Source of the DNA: Mayamaea pseudoterrestris | Taxonomy: Eukaryota | DNA length: 64,000 bases | Assembly: GCA_027923505.1 (NCBI GenBank) | Contig: BROI01000008.1 | Location: 744,001 to 808,000, forward strand | Reading direction: 5' to 3' | Shown here: positions 45,501-58,230 of the stretch, piece after piece | Layout: the number at the start of each line of letters is the position of its first letter | Numbering within the stretch: the first letter of the stretch is position 1 | Position numbers and translations under genes: made by a program | The notes under the pieces: generated by a model | The model's database searches: none | What the model was told of the DNA's origin: nothing | The model's input: the letters and a program-made list of their open reading frames with translations, nothing else

Positions 45501-48270
45501 TGTCGCAGGGGATGGCAATGTATTTGGTGACAACTTGTCACCAGTCTCAGCCAGCAGATGCCATGACATTCAGACGCCCCTACAGCAAGCCCTGTAGGTG
45601 CCCAAATTACACCAGAATGGTGCCAACATCATTATTCAGGCTGCACTACAAGATGGAAAGCTTGGCTGGTGTCTCAGGGGATGGCAATGTATTTGGTGAC
45701 AACTTGTCACCAGTCTCAGCCCGCAGATGCCATGACATTCAAACGCCCCTACAGCAAGCCCAGTAGGTGCCCAAATTACACCAGAACGGTGCCAACATCA
45801 TTATTTAGGCTGCACTACAAGATGGTAGGCTTGGCTGGTGTCTCAGGGGATGGCAATGTATTTGGTGACAACTTGTCACCAGTCTCAGCCAGCAGATGCC
45901 ATGACATTCAGACGCCCCTACAGCAAGCCCTGTAGGTGCCCAAGTTACACCAGAATGGTGTCAGCAGCATGATTTAGGCTGCACTACAAGATGGTAGGCT
46001 TTACTGGTGTCTCAGGGGATGGCAATGTATTTGATGACAACTTGTCACCAGTCTCAGCCCGCAGATGCCATGACATTTAAATGCCCCTACAGCAAGCCCT
46101 GTAGGTGCCCAAGTTACACCAGAATGGTGACAACATCATTATACAGGCTGCGCTACAAGATGGTAGGCTTGGCTGGTGTCTCAGGGGATGGCAATGTATC
46201 TGGTGACAACTTGTCTGACACCAGTCTCAGCCAGCAGATGCCATGACATTCAGACGCCCCTACAGCAAGCCCTGTAGGTGCCCAAATTACACCAGAATGG
46301 TGCCAACATCATTATTCAGGCTGCGCTACAAGATGGAAAGCTTGGCTGGTGTCTCAGGGGATGGCAATGTATTTGGTGACAACTTGTCACCAGTCTCAGC
46401 CCGCAGATGCCATGACATACAAATGCCCCTACAGCAAGCCCAGTAGGTGCCCAAATTACACCAGAATGGTGCCAACATCATTATTCAGGCTGCGCTACAA
46501 GATGGAAAGCTTGATTGGTGTCTCAGGGAATGGCAATGTATTTGGTGACAACTTGTCACCAGTCTCAGCCCGCAGATGCCATGACATTCAAACGCCCCTA
46601 CAGCAAGCCCTGTAGGTGCCCAAATTACACCAGAATGGTGCCAACATCATTATTTAGGCTGCGCTACAAGATGGTAGGCTTGGCTGGTGTCTCAGGGGAT
46701 GGCAATGTATTTGGTGACAACTTGTCACCAGTCTCAGCCAGCAGATGCCGTGACCTTCAAACGCCCCTACAGCAAGCCCTGTAGGTGCCTAAATTACACC
46801 AGAATGGTGACAACAGCCTTATTGAGGCTGCGCTACAAGATGGTAGGCTTGGCTGGTGTCTCAGGGGATGGCAATGTATTTGGTGACAACTTGTCACCAG
46901 TCTCAGCCAGCAGATGCCGTGACCTTCAAACGCCCCTACAGCAAGCCCTGTAGGTGCCCAAATTACACCAGAATGGTGCCAACAGCCTTATTGAGGCTGC
47001 GCTACAAGATGGTAGGCTTGGCTGGTGTCTCAGGGGATGGCAATGTATTTGGTGACAACTTGTCACCAGTCTCAGCCCGCAGATGCCATGACATTCAAAT
47101 GCCCCTACAGCAAGCCCTGTAGGTGCCCAAATTTCACCAGAATGGTGCCAACATCATTATTCAGGCTGCGCTACAAGATGGAAAGCTTGGCTGGTGTCTC
47201 AGGGGATGGCAATGTATTTGGTGACAAGTTGTCACCAGTCTCAGCCCGCAGATGCCATGACATTCAGACGCCCCTACAGCAAGCCCTGTAGGTGCCCAAA
47301 TTACCCCACAATGCTGCCAACAGCATGATCCAGGCTGCGCTACAAGATGGCAGGCTTGGCTGGTGTCTCAGGGGATGGCAATGTATTTGGTGACAACTTG
47401 TCACCAGTCTCAGCCAGCAGATGCCTTCATATTCAATTGCCCCTATAGCAAGCCCTGTAGGTGCCCAAATTACACCAGAATGGTGCTAACATCATTATTC
47501 AGGCTGCGCTACAAGTGGGTAGGCTTGGCTGGTGTCTCAGGGGATGGCAATGTATTTGGTGACAACTTGTCACCAGTCTCAGCCAGCAGATGCCATGACA
47601 TTCAGACGCCCCTACAGCAGGCCCTGTAGGTGCCCAAATTACACCAGAATGGTGCCAACAGCATTATTCAGGCTGCACTACGAGATGGAAAGCTTGGTTG
47701 GTGTCTCGGGGGATGGCAATGTATTTGGTGACAACTTGTCACCAGTCTCAGCCCGCATATGCCATGACATTGAAACGCCCCTACAGCAAGCCCTGTAGGT
47801 GCCCAAATTACCCCACAATGGTGCCAACATCATTATTCAGGCTGCACTACAAGATGCAAAGCTTGGCTGGTGTCTCAGGGGATGGCAATGTATTTGGTGA
47901 CAACTTGTCACCAGTCTCAGCCAGCAGATGCCTTCATTTTCAATTGCCCCTATAGCAAGCCCTGTAGGTGCCCAAATTACACCAGAATGGTGCCAACAGC
48001 ATGATTCAGGCTGCACTACAAGATAGAAAGCTTGGCTGGTGTCTCAGGGGATGGCAATGTGTTTGGTGACAACTTGTCACCAGTCTCAGCCAGCAGATGC
48101 CGTGACATTCAAACGCCCCTACAGCAAGCCATGTATACACCCATATTACACCAGGATGGTGCCACCAATCTTGTTTAAGCTGCGCTACAAGATGGTATGC
48201 CTGGCTGGTGTCTCAGTTGACTGCAATGTGACTGGGGAGAACTTCGCAACAGTAGCATGCCCAGGATGGC
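42551..48270. repeat. 169-bp tandem satellite, block 3 (about 34 monomers), degenerate at the right edge
   Basis: Same monomer and orientation; similarity fades over 48220-48270. Confidence 0.98.
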
Positions 48271-48680
48271 AGAGTGGTGCTTGTCGGGGACGAAAAGAAT
48301 CTGGCAAAACAAGAGATGAGCCAAGGAGGATGCAACCGTGCACATACATATCATTACAGATCAAACATAAAGCCTATTTCCGCCTCACACTCATTGGAAC
48401 CAAGGCTGCTGATGTTGCAGAATGCCAAATCTTTAGCCAAGTAAGGCAAATTGTGTAGTCTCTACTATAATATGTTGTCTATATGACTCTTCAATCATTA
48501 GCCATCCTCATACTGATAAGCATAAACTATGTTTTGGCTTCATGGGCAGGATGGACAGGAAGAGCAAGAAACCTATCGTAGGAGACAAGAGTTATCACAT
48601 AGCTAAACTGTAATCCGATCAAAGAATCCGGGTCTTTTGGTCGGCCGTCATTTTTGTGTGTCGCCACTAACTGACTGACC

Positions 48681-51600
48681 ATGGGGAGGGACCAGCCGCT
48701 GCTCGCCCGCTCCAAGGCCCTTTCAGTGCCTCTAGATGAGACATCCAAGTATTTGACAGCATTATTGGATGGGAGTGTGAACAAAAAGCCGAAGAAACCC
48801 GACAAAAAAGCCTCACAAGGCGATCATCCACGTCGTCCAGCAGTGGCATCAATAGTTGCTGCAAAATTAACCTCATCTTTGTCCCAACCAAAACCCAAAG
48901 TATCGGGTCTTGGTGTTTACACGCTTTCTGATCTTCCGGGAGCTTTCAAGAATGCGAATAATGACGCAGTCAACATTTTACGAAGCAAAAAGAGGCATGC
49001 TGCAAACGACGACGACGTCTCCGTCTTTCCTCCTCACCAAAGCAAGCCTCTGCTCGCACCACAAGCATCTACGCTGAACGTGCCACCAACTCAATGCCTT
49101 TCTGAACCAAAAAGGGCCACAAGTTATAAGACTCTTTTGCCAACTCGTAAAGTAACTGCTCCGACACGTGTTAGTGTGGAAGGCCGTGCTCCGTCTTTGA
49201 CAATCACCCAACATGACAATGCAGCTCCGGCGAGAACACTTGCTCTGCAGCTAAAGCCTACAAAACGCGCTCGATACTCACAGAACCAAATTCAGCAATC
49301 ATCATCTTTATCTTTATTGAGGGACAAAATTAGTGTCGAGTCGGAGGTGAAAGTTATCAATTGCACCTCACTGCAGATGCCAACGATGGACTCACAGTCA
49401 CGAGGAATAAGCGAAGCATCGAAAGAAACGAAACTGACTTGCGATAATGACTTGTCCATTGGTCTCGACGAGAACAAGTTGAAGGCATCAGTGGTATCAG
49501 AATCATTGCCATCTTCGGCAATAGCAACATCAACGTCAACAATTTCTCAAAAGCAGAAGCCATCAATCAACATCAGTTCCGTTCGTCAGGAAATTCCTCG
49601 GCCCGAACAAATAAGCACCGACACATCGAAAAGAAACTTGAATAAGGGAAACTTTGTACGGCTTAACATGAAGAACCACGCCGGAGCGTGCCGAGGAGCG
49701 CGGAACAAGAAGCAACCTTACATCAAACGAAAATATCAGCCGCATGATCCTGACAATCCAACACCCAACACGGCCACGCGGGTGTGGCAAGCGACAACAA
49801 TTGGAGCCAAGGAAGCAGGCGGACTCGCCTCAACGTCTGGAATTGATCCCGTCGATGACTTTTTAGATGGCATATACACTGGCAATGTCGATGTCGCCGC
49901 CACGGCCAAACAGAGCAAGATAACCAACAAGCGCAGCTCAACTATTCCAAACTGCTCTGGTCACCAGCAGCCATGTAAACTACTGACAGTAAAGAAGAAT
50001 ACAGAAAACAAGGGTCGACAGTTTTATTGCTGTTCATTTCCGCGAGGCGACCAGTGCAACCATTTTGAATGGGCCGACGATACACTGGAGGCGGCGCAGG
50101 CAGCCTTGCTGAAAAACCAATCTGTCTCTGGCTTTATTGCTCGACAAGTGGCAGCTTACATGGCGCAAATCAAGCAACACACGGTACCAGAACTTGCTGA
50201 TCTGTTGCAGCGTCATGGACTCGACGGAAAAGGAAAGAAGCAGCAGCTGTTGACGCGGATCGCCGTCTGGGTACGCGACGAGGTGGCAAAGGGGATTGCT
50301 TTGAATGAAGGCAATACCGATGATGACGAACAGTCCGCCAAAAATGACAATCTTCTTGACGAAAGGTCGGGGGCGGCGTCTGGCGATCACACCGATGATG
50401 ATTATACTTGCTCGTCCGATGACGAACTCGAATTTGTCGGGCAATCCATGGACAAGATTGATAGTGTATATGAATTGGCCAAAAACGACGAAGCCGGGAA
50501 TGACGCGGAACCACAATGCGAATCAGAAACTATTCTTCATACCACGTTGCGAAAGCTTTTTGGACACTCTACATTCCGCGAAGGACAAGAGTGGACGATT
50601 CGTCGCTGCCTAGACAATGAGCGAACTTTATTGGTCGCCCCCACCGGATTCGGAAAATCCTTATGCTACACGTTGACTGCAGCATTGAAGGAAGGTGTCT
50701 GTATTGTGGTGTCTCCTCTGCTATCTCTGATCCAAGATCAGCTGCGGTTGCTTCCGCCAGGCATGGCAGCAGTGACTTTGTCTGGCACCATGACGAGGTC
50801 GAAATTGGCTGCAACGCTTGATGACATTGCTCGTGGACGAATCAAGATTGTCTTCGTTTCTCCAGAACGCCTAACGAGTGCATCCTTTCGGCGCCTCTTT
50901 CGATTGAAGTGGAGTCCTGAGCTAAAGACTCACAAGCGTATATTTCCGCCGGTCTCGCTATTTTGCGTCGACGAAGCTCACACCTTGAGCCAATGGTCGC
51001 ACCACTTTCGCCCTTCATATCTGCGTCTTCGTTCGGTCATGGCAATGATAGAGCCTCAAAGTGTGCTCGCCATTACAGCCACTGCCGGACCAAAGGTTGT
51101 GAATGACATTTGTCACATACTTGACATTCGTCGGCATCAGGAAGTGACGGATGCAGATGGATCAAAGACGCACGAGGGTATTCGACTAATGAGTTGCGAC
51201 CGCGATAATATTGACATTTCTTGCTGCATTTTATCGTCACAGGAGCAACGGCTTGCAAAGGTAAGCTATAACCGCTAGAGTTTTGCACCAGTGCGTAGGA
51301 CAACGCTCATCAATTTATCCTTCTTTCTAGTTGATTGGTCTTCTCGGCCATCGCAAACACGCCAAAGCAGACTGTGACGCGACAGCCGGTCTTCTATCTT
51401 CCGGCAGCGTAATCATATATGTATGGCGGCAGCGCGACGCCGAGGCAGTCGCTGAAAATATTCAAGCCGCAGCAGAAGTGCGAGGAGGTGTGACCGTTTA
51501 TCACGGAGGGATGGATGCTGCCGCCCGCAGCAAGGCTCAAAGCAAGGTGCGAATATGCGCTGAAGTATTAACTAGAAAAACTTCAAGTGATCTCACACCA

Positions 51601-52955
51601 AAAAATATTGTACACAGTTCATGCGGGGAAAGATACGCATTTGCGTGGCGACAGTTGCCTTTGGCCTGGGGATCAATAAAGGCGATATTGCCGGTGTCAT
51701 TCACATGTACCTCTCCGCCTCTCCAGAACACTATCTTCAAGAAATCGGACGAGCTGGCCGCGACGGTCAACAAGCTCATGCAGTCGCCTTAATTCTGGCG
51801 GACGAAGTCCTGGTACGCCACTCACTTGCACACAGCGACATGATCTCGATAAGCCAGTTAAAATCGCTTCTTCATTACTTAGCACGCTGCGTCGACGAGG
51901 CCTTAAAAATGTTACCAGGCGAAAGCATGAAACCTGACATGATTAGCGTCGGCTTGATGATGTCTGAGTGTACGAAGGTTTGCGATTGCAAAGCTGAAAC
52001 AGTGGAGACCGTTGTTTCTTTATTGGAGCAGCGAGAGGAATCGCTCCTGGTCGTGGAAGGGTGGAAATATGATAAGGCCCACGTGTCGCCCCGACGCAAT
52101 ATCGAGAAACTTGCGGCCCGCGAGCCTGTTGTTCGTGCCATTTTGATGTGCGCAAAGTGCACCGAACAGCCAGCCGGGGAACGACCTGAAGAAGCATCAA
52201 ATGATTACGCGAATGACCAGAAACTTGCCAGCAATGTCTTTGGTGCGTACAGCTTCTCCGTCGCACAATGCGCTAACTGTCTAGGATCTGGTGCAGAGCC
52301 TCGCCATGTCTTTGCAGCGTTGCGGAGGTTGAAACTAAGTGGCGACATCGATTACGTCTTGGACCTGTCCGATGCTGGAAAAGGTTTAAATATTAAAATT
52401 CTTCGCGCTGGACTGAAACGCTTGAAAGTTGAAGGTCTTGGCTTAATTGATGGCCTCGCAAAGGAGCTCGCCCAAATTTTGAACGGATCTGTCGCTGCGT
52501 CTTGCCGTAAAGTTTTGAATCTGGACCGCATTCTACGCCAAGTTGCGTCCTTGCCATCAAGCACGGTGACCAAAGCGAAGTCATCAAGGCTTTGCCTATT
52601 TCAGCAACTTATACGGGAATATTTTGAGGCCGACAGGCATGACGAGCCGAATCCTGATAAAGGCAAGGATGTTTCCTTGTTTGCGGATCTCAACCAGCGA
52701 AGCGTATCAGCAGACGTTCGCTCCATCTTTTCGTATCTGACAGGCATGGAAAATTCACTCAACACTTTGGGGAGCTTGGCACTAAGTGATTGTTCAGACT
52801 ACGCTTCATTGGCAATCGCAAAATTCTTGCATGGTATAAATGCATCGGGACGCTATCCGTCGGCAGCGTTTTATCAGCATGCTCTGTTCGGACGATTACA
52901 AGACTCACAATTCAGTCGTTTGCATAATGAAATACACAAAATCATCAACAACTAA
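48681..52955 (+). CDS. RECQL4: RecQ4-like DNA helicase with GRF zinc finger and SAP domain; exons 48681-51260, 51331-51546, 51618-52955
   Basis: GT-AG introns 51261-51330 and 51547-51617 keep frame. NFVRLNMK, APTGFGKS, VDEAH, QWSHHFRPSYLRL and YLQEIGRAGRDG. Confidence 0.9.
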
Positions 52956-53004
52956 ATAAAATAGAGTGACCTTATAAGTGTGCCTTGAAAGATTGGATAG
53001 ATGC

Positions 53005-55299
53005 TCACCCCGAGGAGTGTCGGCCAGATGTCACCTTACCCCCTGGCGGTTTCGCCTCAGTCGTCCGTGGCACGGTAGTCACGTTAATAAGCGAAGGGCG
53101 ATGTATCAGATTAGCGCTCATGTCCGCAGGCCGAGCGGAGCCAGTCGTCATAGTATCCTTTCGCTCCGAATGGCCTACACCGGCCAAATGAAGTGCAGTC
53201 ATCAGTTTTTGCTGCTTGCCCATATCACGATGCTGCTGTTCCGTCACGTCCAATGAGGATTGCGCCTGCGGCGGGGAATCCGAAGACGTCTCCGCAGCCC
53301 CATTATTCGCAGACCGTCGCTCAAGCACCGACGCATCCACAGCTGCAACAAATCTGGCTCTCTTAATGAAGATACATCGACACGGACCATCACTTACAAA
53401 CGCGGAGAAGTCTGGCTGATAGCTGTTGTCTAGCAGAGCATTGCGACCAAGGAGTGACCAATTAGCAACGTCCGAGCGAAAATTATCGGCTCCAGCGACT
53501 ACCGTCACCTTGCCAGTCAAAATAAGCGTCGCAAAGTCAGCATCAACACCACGCTCATAAAGCAAATCGGTCGGAATGGACTGATTAGCTTGCTGTGGTG
53601 CAGTCGGAAGAACAGCAACTGGAGTTTCAGCTATCAAGCGATGCAATTGGTGTTCGGTTAAAAGAGACACAGCCTGAGGATAGTTGACCCAAAGGTGGGC
53701 AGTAACAGCACGAGCCTCTTCGTACGATAGGTTCTGGTCAACAATTTTTGAATCTAGCATCCGCAGCCTTGCCCACCTGAATGCTTCTTCGCGATCTTCT
53801 GCTGCGTCCATAGTCTTTTCTGGAACGTCTGTCTCATCGACAATTTCGTCACCTAGACAACGAGATAGTCAGAAAGTGTGTCTTTGAAAACCTTGCTCTC
53901 AACGCGACGAACGTACCCAATATTTCCTCAATAATGTCTTCGAGGGTAATAATCCCCTTTAATTCGTAGTAAGGGTCCTGTGTTCCATCCTTGTTGTTCA
54001 CATCTCGAATCAGAACCATGTGCGATCGTCCCTTCTTCAACTCACGTAATATATCGCCCAGCTTGTCGTCGACCCATGCAACGTGGAGAGACCGGCCAAA
54101 AATGTCAATGACATCCGCGACGCGTGTTGCTGCAGAGCAGAGAAAGGATAGAGAGTGAGGGACAGTTTGCGGGCTGTTGAAGGAGCACGTACTTCACGTC
54201 ACCTACCATCTTCTGGATCGATAAAGATTAGATCCTTTACAAATAAAAGACCAATGACATTGTTCTGCAAAGCATTAGAAAAGTGGTAACGAAATGTGAG
54301 CGGTGTTGAACATCCATTAGTTATAATCAGGCATCACAAATAACGTGCTTTGTCAACTTCGTATACGGGTATGCGGCTATACCCCGTTTTAAAAATCTGC
54401 GCCATGGTCTCGTAGTTGAGTTTGTCGTCCACGGAAAGCATAAAGATGCGCTCCACTGGCGTCATGACGTCCTTCACCGAAAGGTTCTTGTACTTGAGAG
54501 CGCCCGTCATGGCTACGGCCGTCTCTGGATCAAGCGCATTCTCTGTAACATGAATTTGTAGCAACTTCATGAGCTCCGCTGTACTGTAAGTTGTAGCTAT
54601 CTCACTGCCTAGCGCCTTGTCAAGCACCCAAGAGAGCGGATAAGCTATAGGAAACAAGAAAACCATGACGCATCGAACCATTGGCACCGAAGCACTCCCA
54701 ATCGCCAGCGAATAGCGACTGCACAGAGCTTGCGGAATAATTTCTCCAAAAATAACAATCAATATTGTCGACAAGAGAAAGCCAATTAATCCACCAGCCT
54801 TGTCAGCCAAAAGAATGGACAGGAGCGAGTTTGCTCCAACGTTACCAAGTACCAGCGAGCACAACAGAAGGTTGCCACGTTTCCGCAAGGGAAATATTCG
54901 TTTTGCTCTAGCCGCATTAACGGCATCGTCGCCTGCCATGATGATTTCAAGCCCAGTCTTGTCCAAACCGATGAGACCCAGAGTGAGACCAGCAAAGGCG
55001 GCCGTGATCACAAGGAGCAGTATAATGAGTAGTATCTGCACCGCAAATGGTACGCCTTGAAAAACGTTTGATTCACCTACGGGCTCAGGACACTCGGTAA
55101 CATATTGCTGGCAGCAAGTTTCCGTACAATTTTGCTGCAGCATACGATTTATAGTAACATCTTGGCTAGAGCGGAGAAACGTATGTGACAATTCCGAATA
55201 AGTAAGCACACATTGCGCCGCGGCGACGGAAGCGACCAGAGTTGCTACAAGACGGCCGATACCATTTCCGTAGCTACCATTTGAATTAAGGTAGTGCAT
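53005..55299 (-). CDS. CNNM/DUF21-CBS metal transporter; exons 55299-54349, 54264-54207, 54129-53917, 53852-53005
   Basis: AFAGLTLGLIGLD, IFGEIIPQALC, GYSRIPVYE, LFVKDLIFIDPED and ITLEDIIEEILGDEIVDETD after splicing three introns; the first is predicted GC-AG. Confidence 0.9.
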
Positions 55300-55538
55300 T
55301 CAGAACTTGCCAGTGATGCTGGTTTTCAAATAGAAAAGTAGTAGGAAGTGGCTAGCAAGAGGTAGCCTTGGTGGTAGATATTCGGAGCCAGATGGAAGAC
55401 GAAAGTGCGATCGTTCCACGAAATCAACAAGCCTGAGTCGTATCGTTACTCAGTTGTACCGGAGTGACACTCAACATTCATGCATATCAACCGTCGGTTT
55501 CACTCGTTCCAACAAAGGCAGACTTGCAACTTGCAACA

Positions 55539-55877
55539 ATGGTGGACTACGAGGGCCAAAAGCTAGGGGAAATCATTTTTCATGTTCTCATCATCTCCTT
55601 TGGCAGTATCGGATGGGTGATTGGTTACTTGAAACAAGATTTTACAATTTGCGTCCAAGCGTGGCTGGTTGGCGTTGTTCTTTCGATTATTGTGAGTCTT
55701 CGCTCAGCATCCTTGTTGCGTTCGACAAACATGTTGAATTGATTGCTGACTTGAATTCGATTTGTTTTCTGTTTGCAGCTATGCGTGCCGGATTGGCCTT
55801 TCTACAATCGGCATCCGGTAAAATGGCTTGACTCTGTTCCGGATCGACGACTGCCAAAGGCAACTAAGGCGGATTAA
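55539..55877 (+). CDS. SPCS1: Signal peptidase complex subunit 1 (SPC12); exons 55539-55691 and 55779-55877
   Basis: MVDYEGQKL, two hydrophobic segments, CVPDWPFYNRHPVKWL. Intron 55692-55778 GTGAGT...CAG. Confidence 0.92.
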
Positions 55878-56783
55878 GTGCATTGATAATTATGTTTGAC
55901 ACTTGAAAGGCGATGAGTTGTTTCTATTGGATTGTATTGACGATGATTGGCGACTGTTTACGTTTATAATACACCTTGCCTTTGCATGGATATTGGCAGT
56001 TGCCAAAGTGAGCCGTGGGGAACATGAGGCTTTGGAGGCACTACGAGGGAAAACTTTAAGTATTTATAGCGACGTCTTATATGGTACCAAGTAGCGCTAT
56101 TTTTGGCCTGCAGCTACTACCATAGTCAGGGTAGGGTGGCTCTGCAATGGCAATCAATCATGTCGAGTGGATATGACTTGTAAGGCACCGCCGATTACGT
56201 CTGGTACGACCTTCTTCGTGTTTGCGGATTCTGGATTCTTCCATCCGCTACTTTCACCGGTGATGGTATGCATGGCAACGCTACTTTTAGGTCTGCTTCG
56301 ATTCGGTCTATTAGTCAGAACAATCCCGGTCCTTCGACGCAATAGCTGAAATGTCAACTCCGACCCTTCACCACGTGGCCATTTTGCGTGCAGCACCATG
56401 TGAAATGCTCGACCATCACTCGCTTCATCAAAATACGGAAATGGAAAAGATCGGCAACTGCAACTACCGGTAATATTCGCAACGACCAAGGAGAAATCGT
56501 TAGATTGCAGACCGCCCAACACGTTTAAAAGAGTCATCGCATGCGAGTGAACTTTTGGCGACTGCGAGTGGCTACGTTTGTTACACGACAAGACGCGTTG
56601 GAGCGATTTAGAGTCGTGAAGCTGTGAAAGGCGAAAGACTGTGAGAGTATAGTGAATTGACACACGCATTGGTGACCAAGCGTTTATTGCAATTGAAATT
56701 GTTTATGAGTCGGTGTACAAGCACTTGCTTCTCGTGCCAGTAGTCATCTGTCATCTACGGTACTCGAGTTTGCGGAGGCGAAC

Positions 56784-57836
56784 ATGTCGGACAGCAACGA
56801 CGATGCAAACGGCGAATTACCAATCTCCTCTCAACCTGCTCATTACGAGGAATGGCGTGGAGGAGGCCAAACTGACGAAAGGTACCATTTGGAAAGAGAC
56901 GAGTCTACTGCTTTCCGTCCCGCCCATGACAGTGCTCAGGTTGGATCGATCAAAGAACAAGATGCAGACAATGCCATTCCACCCCCGCAAATTCTGTCGA
57001 CAACCGATGCACCACCTTGGCTATCCAACAATACATCAACGAGACGAAGAAAGAAGCCTCGAGGCATGCCAAAGAGACCGTTGAGCGCCTATAATATATT
57101 CTTCCAGACACAGCGACCCATTGTCTTGTCCTCGGCGGACAATCATGTTGACGGAAAGGGAGTGGGCTTTGCTAATCTAGCTAGGATTATTGGAGCTCAA
57201 TGGAAGGAGATTGATGACGTTGAAAGAGCAAAGTATGATCAGTTGGCGGACGAAGATACAGCGCGATACCGGTTGGAGATGGATGCCTATCATGATTGGA
57301 AACGCAAGCAAAACTTATATCAACATGACGACAACATGCAACAATTAGCACCGCCAGACGATCCTGTTACGAAGAACCATCAAAATTTTCTAATACTTGA
57401 TTATGACGAGCCACCACCTGTGACCAACAGTCGTCTTGCTTCCTTTTTAACGTCGCCGCTGCACGCTCGTTTACCCGACTCGGAAGCCCAATCGTCAGTA
57501 TACAATGTCTTTGACCATTCCAGTCACCATTTTGACTCGCAACACTCTTATCAATCCGCATGGTATCGAAGAGACTACTCAAATGGTGCTGCAGCTACGG
57601 GACGACGAATCGCCCCATTGTCTGTGGACGCACTGCCCATTCCACAAGGCGTGACTATCACTCTACCTGACCATACAGGCGTTGAACGTCTCTACACTGT
57701 CGATTATCGTCTCTATGTCATGACTAGACGCGAGGCGCGAGAATATATGCAGAGGCTTCGAGACATTCCCCGACTAGGTGTCCCCGAAATTGAGCCGCGG
57801 GCGCCATGGGATGCTGTCATTCCTCGACGATTTTGA
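56784..57836 (+). CDS. HMG-box DNA-binding protein
   Basis: KKPRGMPKRPLSAYNIFFQ...FANLARIIGAQWKEI...RYRLEM. Confidence 0.9.
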   Translation: MSDSNDDANGELPISSQPAHYEEWRGGGQTDERYHLERDESTAFRPAHDSAQVGSIKEQDADNAIPPPQILSTTDAPPWLSNNTSTRRRKKPRGMPKRPLSAYNIFFQTQRPIVLSSADNHVDGKGVGFANLARIIGAQWKEIDDVERAKYDQLADEDTARYRLEMDAYHDWKRKQNLYQHDDNMQQLAPPDDPVTKNHQNFLILDYDEPPPVTNSRLASFLTSPLHARLPDSEAQSSVYNVFDHSSHHFDSQHSYQSAWYRRDYSNGAAATGRRIAPLSVDALPIPQGVTITLPDHTGVERLYTVDYRLYVMTRREAREYMQRLRDIPRLGVPEIEPRAPWDAVIPRRF

Positions 57837-58230
57837 GCGCTAATTATAAGTAATTGAGAATGCGTGTAGGACTTGATTCACATTGCGAACTTGTAATGGC
57901 AATAAAATTATTGGTTCCGATTTCTGAGGGACATGCGATCATCACAGGTAAAGCGCTAAGGGAACACTACGGAGGTGCATAAACAGACGTTAAAACTACA
58001 TTGGCTGCTTTAATTTCATTTGTATTACTTGGACTGCTGCTATAATGGGATGCCAAAGGTAGCTACCGTATGACAGTCGATGGAGCTACTGTACGGTACC
58101 CCACTATCGAAAGAAGAAACGGACATCGCACTGAGCGTCGCACTGTGTTTCAGTGCTCCTCACAGCCACGAAAAGGATAAAATAATGGAGCACTCACTCT
58201 GTTGCGTAAAAGAACAGATCAAGCGATACC

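Noticed and set aside
10697..48458. Dozens of near-identical 80-180 aa ORFs (MSQGMAMYLVTTCHQ...)
   Set aside because: By-product of a 169-bp (3n+1) repeat with few plus-strand stops; frames rotate each monomer and indels ignore frame.
56154..56669. 171-aa minus-strand ORF upstream of the HMG-box gene
   Set aside because: No recognisable motif or splice support; likely promoter or UTR sequence, though a small gene cannot be excluded.
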